The notes beneath the pieces are model-generated. The model had not been told where the DNA came from. It ran no database searches and saw only the letters and a program-made list of their open reading frames with translations. A stretch of 64,000 nt of DNA, from the NCBI GenBank assembly GCA_963676565.1, contig OY781089.1, positions 512,001 through 576,000 of the forward strand. The letters are read 5' to 3'. Source of the stretch: Halarcobacter sp. (GTDB lineage: Bacteria > Campylobacterota > Campylobacteria > Campylobacterales > Arcobacteraceae). Below, in pieces: positions 60,993 through 64,000 of the stretch. Position 1 is the first letter of the stretch; each line of letters begins with the position of its first letter. A program made the position numbers and the translations under genes.

Positions 60993-62330
60993 TTACACTT
61001 TGGAAGTATCAAATGTAACTGTAATTTTTGTTCCAATAGATGGTTTAGATTCTATATCTAGTTTACCTTTATGAAGTTCTACTATATTTTTAACTAAACT
61101 TAGTCCTAAACCAAAACCTTTAATAGATTTATTTCTACTTTCATCAACTCTAAAAAATCTATCAGTTATTTGATTTATATATTTTTCAGAAATTCCAATT
61201 CCTTGGTCTTCAACAATAAAACTAACAGAGTCATTTTCTTTGTATATTGATACATAAATTTTTTCATCATCATTTGAATACTTAATTGCATTTTCAATGA
61301 TATTTGAAAATAAAACATTGATTAGAAGAGGATTTACTTTTTCTCTTGCTTTTTCAAAACGTGTAAATTCTATAGATATATTTTTTTCCTCTGCTTGCGG
61401 TAAGAGTTTTTCAACACTATCAATTAAAATTGAATTTAAATCATGAGTTTCAAAAGTCTCATTTATATTTTCTTTAGAGTATTTTGTTAAAAGAAGCAAA
61501 TTTTCAACTATCTCTTTTATTTTATTTGATTCATATGAAATTTTTTTAAGGGAGTTTTTATAATAGTTTTCATCCCTTTGTTTTTTCAATGCAAGTTCTA
61601 TTTGAGTATTTATAACTGTAAGAGGCGTTCTTAATTCATGGGAAACATCACTATTAAATCTATCTAATTTTTCAACTCCTTCTTGAAGTCTATTTACCAT
61701 TAGATTAAAAGTTTTAATAAGCTCTTTAAATTCTTCTTCTTGTTTATCTATTTCAAGGTTATGGGTGAAATTGTCAATTGAGATTTTTTTTGCAGCTTCA
61801 GTGATATCATTTACAGGAGCTAACATTTTATTGAAAAATTTAATTCCAATATAAATTAAAAATATTAGTAAAATAGGATTTAAAACTAATAAAATAGTAA
61901 TAATATCTTCAAGTTTATTGGCATTTTGTTTATTTGTTAATAAAATTTGACCAATAAAAGGTTCACTAAATTTATATATATAAAAGCCTTGATTTATCTC
62001 TTCATCAAACTCTTTCACAAAAAATGTTTTATCTGTATTTATAAATTTTTTAAAAGAGTCAATTGTAAAGTTATCTGTTTGATAAAGAATCTTTTCATCT
62101 TTTAGAATAGCTACTTGAGCATTTTCAATGTTTGAAAATAGTTCTTTAATATCTTCTTCTTTTAATTCATCAAGAACATTTTGTGCAATTAATTCTAGAT
62201 TGGCTTTATGTTTTAGATTAATATTTTCATTTATTGAATAATACAAAGCAAAACTAAATGCTAATAAAACGAGTGTAATAGAACCAATAAACCAAAATAA
62301 GATTTTAAATTTTAAACTATTAAGCTTCAA
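60993..62330 (-). CDS. HAMP sensor histidine kinase
   Basis: DVSHELRTPL, NAIKYS, DQGIGI, RFFRVDESR, GFGLGLS. Confidence 0.92.
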   Translation of the reverse strand: MKLNSLKFKILFWFIGSITLVLLAFSFALYYSINENINLKHKANLELIAQNVLDELKEEDIKELFSNIENAQVAILKDEKILYQTDNFTIDSFKKFINTDKTFFVKEFDEEINQGFYIYKFSEPFIGQILLTNKQNANKLEDIITILLVLNPILLIFLIYIGIKFFNKMLAPVNDITEAAKKISIDNFTHNLEIDKQEEEFKELIKTFNLMVNRLQEGVEKLDRFNSDVSHELRTPLTVINTQIELALKKQRDENYYKNSLKKISYESNKIKEIVENLLLLTKYSKENINETFETHDLNSILIDSVEKLLPQAEEKNISIEFTRFEKAREKVNPLLINVLFSNIIENAIKYSNDDEKIYVSIYKENDSVSFIVEDQGIGISEKYINQITDRFFRVDESRNKSIKGFGLGLSLVKNIVELHKGKLDIESKPSIGTKITVTFDTSKV

Positions 62331-62976
62331 TTTTATACCCCAATCCTTTGAAGTTTTTAATCAATTCTTTTGAGAGTTTTTTTCTTAACTTGAAAATAGT
62401 AACTTCAATTACATTACTAGTTCTTATCTCTTCATTTGTCCATAATTGTTCTTCAATCATAAATTTTGATACATAAGAGTTTTTATTTTTTACTAAAAAC
62501 ATTAAAAGTTCATACTCTTTTGCACTTAATTCTATTGTTTGATTTTCTAAAGTTACAATTTTTTTACTTGTATCTATTGTAAAGTTTTGAATTTGAATAG
62601 TACTTGAACCCTTAAAAGATGTTCTTCTATACAAAGCTTCTACTCTTGCTTGAAGCTCTTCAAAGCTAAATGGTTTAGATAAATAATCATCTGCACCATG
62701 TTTTAAACCTTCAACTTTATTTTTAACTTCATCTTTTGCTGTTAACATGATAATAGGTGTATTAATATTATTATTTCTAAGTTTTTCTAAAATTTGAATA
62801 CCACTTATCTTTGGAAGCATCCAATCTAAAACTATTACATCATAACTATTCATAGAAGCTAAATATAATCCATCTTCACCATCATCTGAAGTTTCTACAA
62901 TAAAATCTTCTTCTTCAAATCCATCTTTTAGTAAAGAGAGGATGTTTTCATCATCCTCAATTATTAGTAATTTCAT
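62320..62976 (-). CDS. OmpR-family response regulator
   Basis: IIEDD, LDWMLP, LTAKD, GADDYLSKPF, KGLGY. Confidence 0.93.
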   Translation of the reverse strand: MKLLIIEDDENILSLLKDGFEEEDFIVETSDDGEDGLYLASMNSYDVIVLDWMLPKISGIQILEKLRNNNINTPIIMLTAKDEVKNKVEGLKHGADDYLSKPFSFEELQARVEALYRRTSFKGSSTIQIQNFTIDTSKKIVTLENQTIELSAKEYELLMFLVKNKNSYVSKFMIEEQLWTNEEIRTSNVIEVTIFKLRKKLSKELIKNFKGLGYKIEA

Positions 62977-63013
62977 AAGCTACCTTTTATTTAGGTTTTA
63001 ATTATAACTTTTT

Positions 63014-63439
63014 TTAGCTCCAAAATTTATACCAAGGTTCATTTTCTTCATTGTCATCATCTTCTTCATCTTCCTCACTTTTATCAACTTTGGATGCTAA
63101 GATTTTTCCATTTCCTGCATCAACTAATACATCTGTAATTTGATTGTTTTTTAATACTTCAGCTTGGTATACTAAATTTCCATCTTCATTTTCTAATTTT
63201 ACTTGTATAACAGTACCATGATATTTTGATTTTAAAATATTTGTAACTTCTGATACATCAATCTTTGCCATACTCTTTTCATTAAGTTCAGAGATTTTGT
63301 CATCTACTTGCATTGAACTTTTAATTACTTTATCTTGAGTTTTATCATTGATTTCTAAATCTTTATCTGAAGCTAATGCTACAGATGACATTAAACTCAA
63401 TGCAACAATGCTTTTTACTAAATAAGAATTGTTTTTCAT
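63014..63439 (-). CDS. Periplasmic PepSY-domain protein
   Basis: ATG 63439 with SD AAGGA, signal peptide, VKLENEDGNLVY..V...VDAGNGKIL, acidic tail ending PWYKFW. Confidence 0.85.
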   Translation of the reverse strand: MKNNSYLVKSIVALSLMSSVALASDKDLEINDKTQDKVIKSSMQVDDKISELNEKSMAKIDVSEVTNILKSKYHGTVIQVKLENEDGNLVYQAEVLKNNQITDVLVDAGNGKILASKVDKSEEDEEDDDNEENEPWYKFWS

Positions 63440-63469
63440 TTTATATCCTTTTTTTGATTTGTTAAGAGA

Positions 63470-63501
63470 ATTGTAAAGGCCTGAAATTAACTGTAAATTA
63501 A
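63470..63501 (-). promoter_or_regulatory. PepSY operon promoter: TTAATTT-N4-TTAATTT plus -10 TACAAT
   Basis: Minus strand reads TTAATTT-ACAG-TTAATTT-CAGGCCTT-TACAAT. Confidence 0.65.
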
Positions 63502-63598
63502 TTTTTACAAAAAATTTTCTTTTGTTCATTTATTTGTATGTAACTTTCCTTATCCTATAATCCCAAATTCAAAATAAAACCATCCAAAGAAGAAACCA

Positions 63599-64000
63599 AT
63601 GATAGAACTGATTAATATTTCAAAAAGCTACCCTACAAATGATTTGTATAGTGACTTAAACCTAAGACTAAATGCTGGTGATAAAGTAGGTTTAGTTGGA
63701 AGAAATGGTACTGGAAAATCGACACTTTTTAAACTTATTTTAGGGGAAGAGCCACAAGATAGTGGTGATATCAATTTTCCAAAAGGCTACAAAATTGGTG
63801 CTTTAAAGCAATATTTTAACTTTACTGAAAAAACTTTAATTGATGAAACAGCCTTAGCTTTAAGTGAAGAGGATAAATACAATATTTATAAAGCTGAAAA
63901 GATACTATTTGGTCTTGGATTTACAGATGAAGATTTAAATAAAGATCCAAAATCATTTTCTGGTGGTTATCAAATTAGAATAAATCTTGCAAAGCTATTA
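63599..64000 (+). CDS. ABC-F family ATPase; runs off the right edge of the window
   Basis: Read by hand: MIELINISKSY...VGLVGRNGTGKSTLFK...GLGF...FSGGYQIRINLAKL; TATAAT at 63556-63561. Confidence 0.88.
   Translation, partial: MIELINISKSYPTNDLYSDLNLRLNAGDKVGLVGRNGTGKSTLFKLILGEEPQDSGDINFPKGYKIGALKQYFNFTEKTLIDETALALSEEDKYNIYKAEKILFGLGFTDEDLNKDPKSFSGGYQIRINLAKLL

Overview
AT-rich chromosomal window that looks like Campylobacterota, most likely Arcobacteraceae (inferred from gene content, TTCAC-core DnaA boxes and high two-component-system density). It spans the replication origin (ruvC ... dnaA-oriC-dnaN-gyrB). Left to right: a truncated sensor kinase with a periplasmic binding protein; typA; aspA-dcuA-asparaginase, a two-component pair and glsA; a 10-gene cluster built around a degenerate CcoN/NorB-like protein; an SHP/dihaem cytochrome c/cytochrome b operon with a single-base frameshift; a glycine cleavage cluster (gcvT-H-PA-PB-lipA-lpdA) beside a TRIC channel; a TMAO/DMSO-reductase-family locus with its own regulators; pfkA, purN and ruvC; a type I secretion cassette preceded by a 79-aa 11-mer-repeat peptide gene, lying between ruvC and dnaA; dnaA/dnaN/gyrB; eptA-dgkA facing a PepSY-regulator-kinase operon; and a truncated ABC-F gene. 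I saw no rRNA, tRNA, CRISPR array or transposase. Best candidates for novelty: (1) the T1SS with its tiny Gly/Val/Leu repeat peptide, which appears to separate the upstream DnaA-box cluster from dnaA; (2) a heme-copper-oxidase homologue that keeps its heme ligands but has lost the CuB histidines; (3) an unannotated 31-aa membrane peptide behind a two-state RBS hairpin switch. All family calls come from reading motifs by eye; no database search was run.
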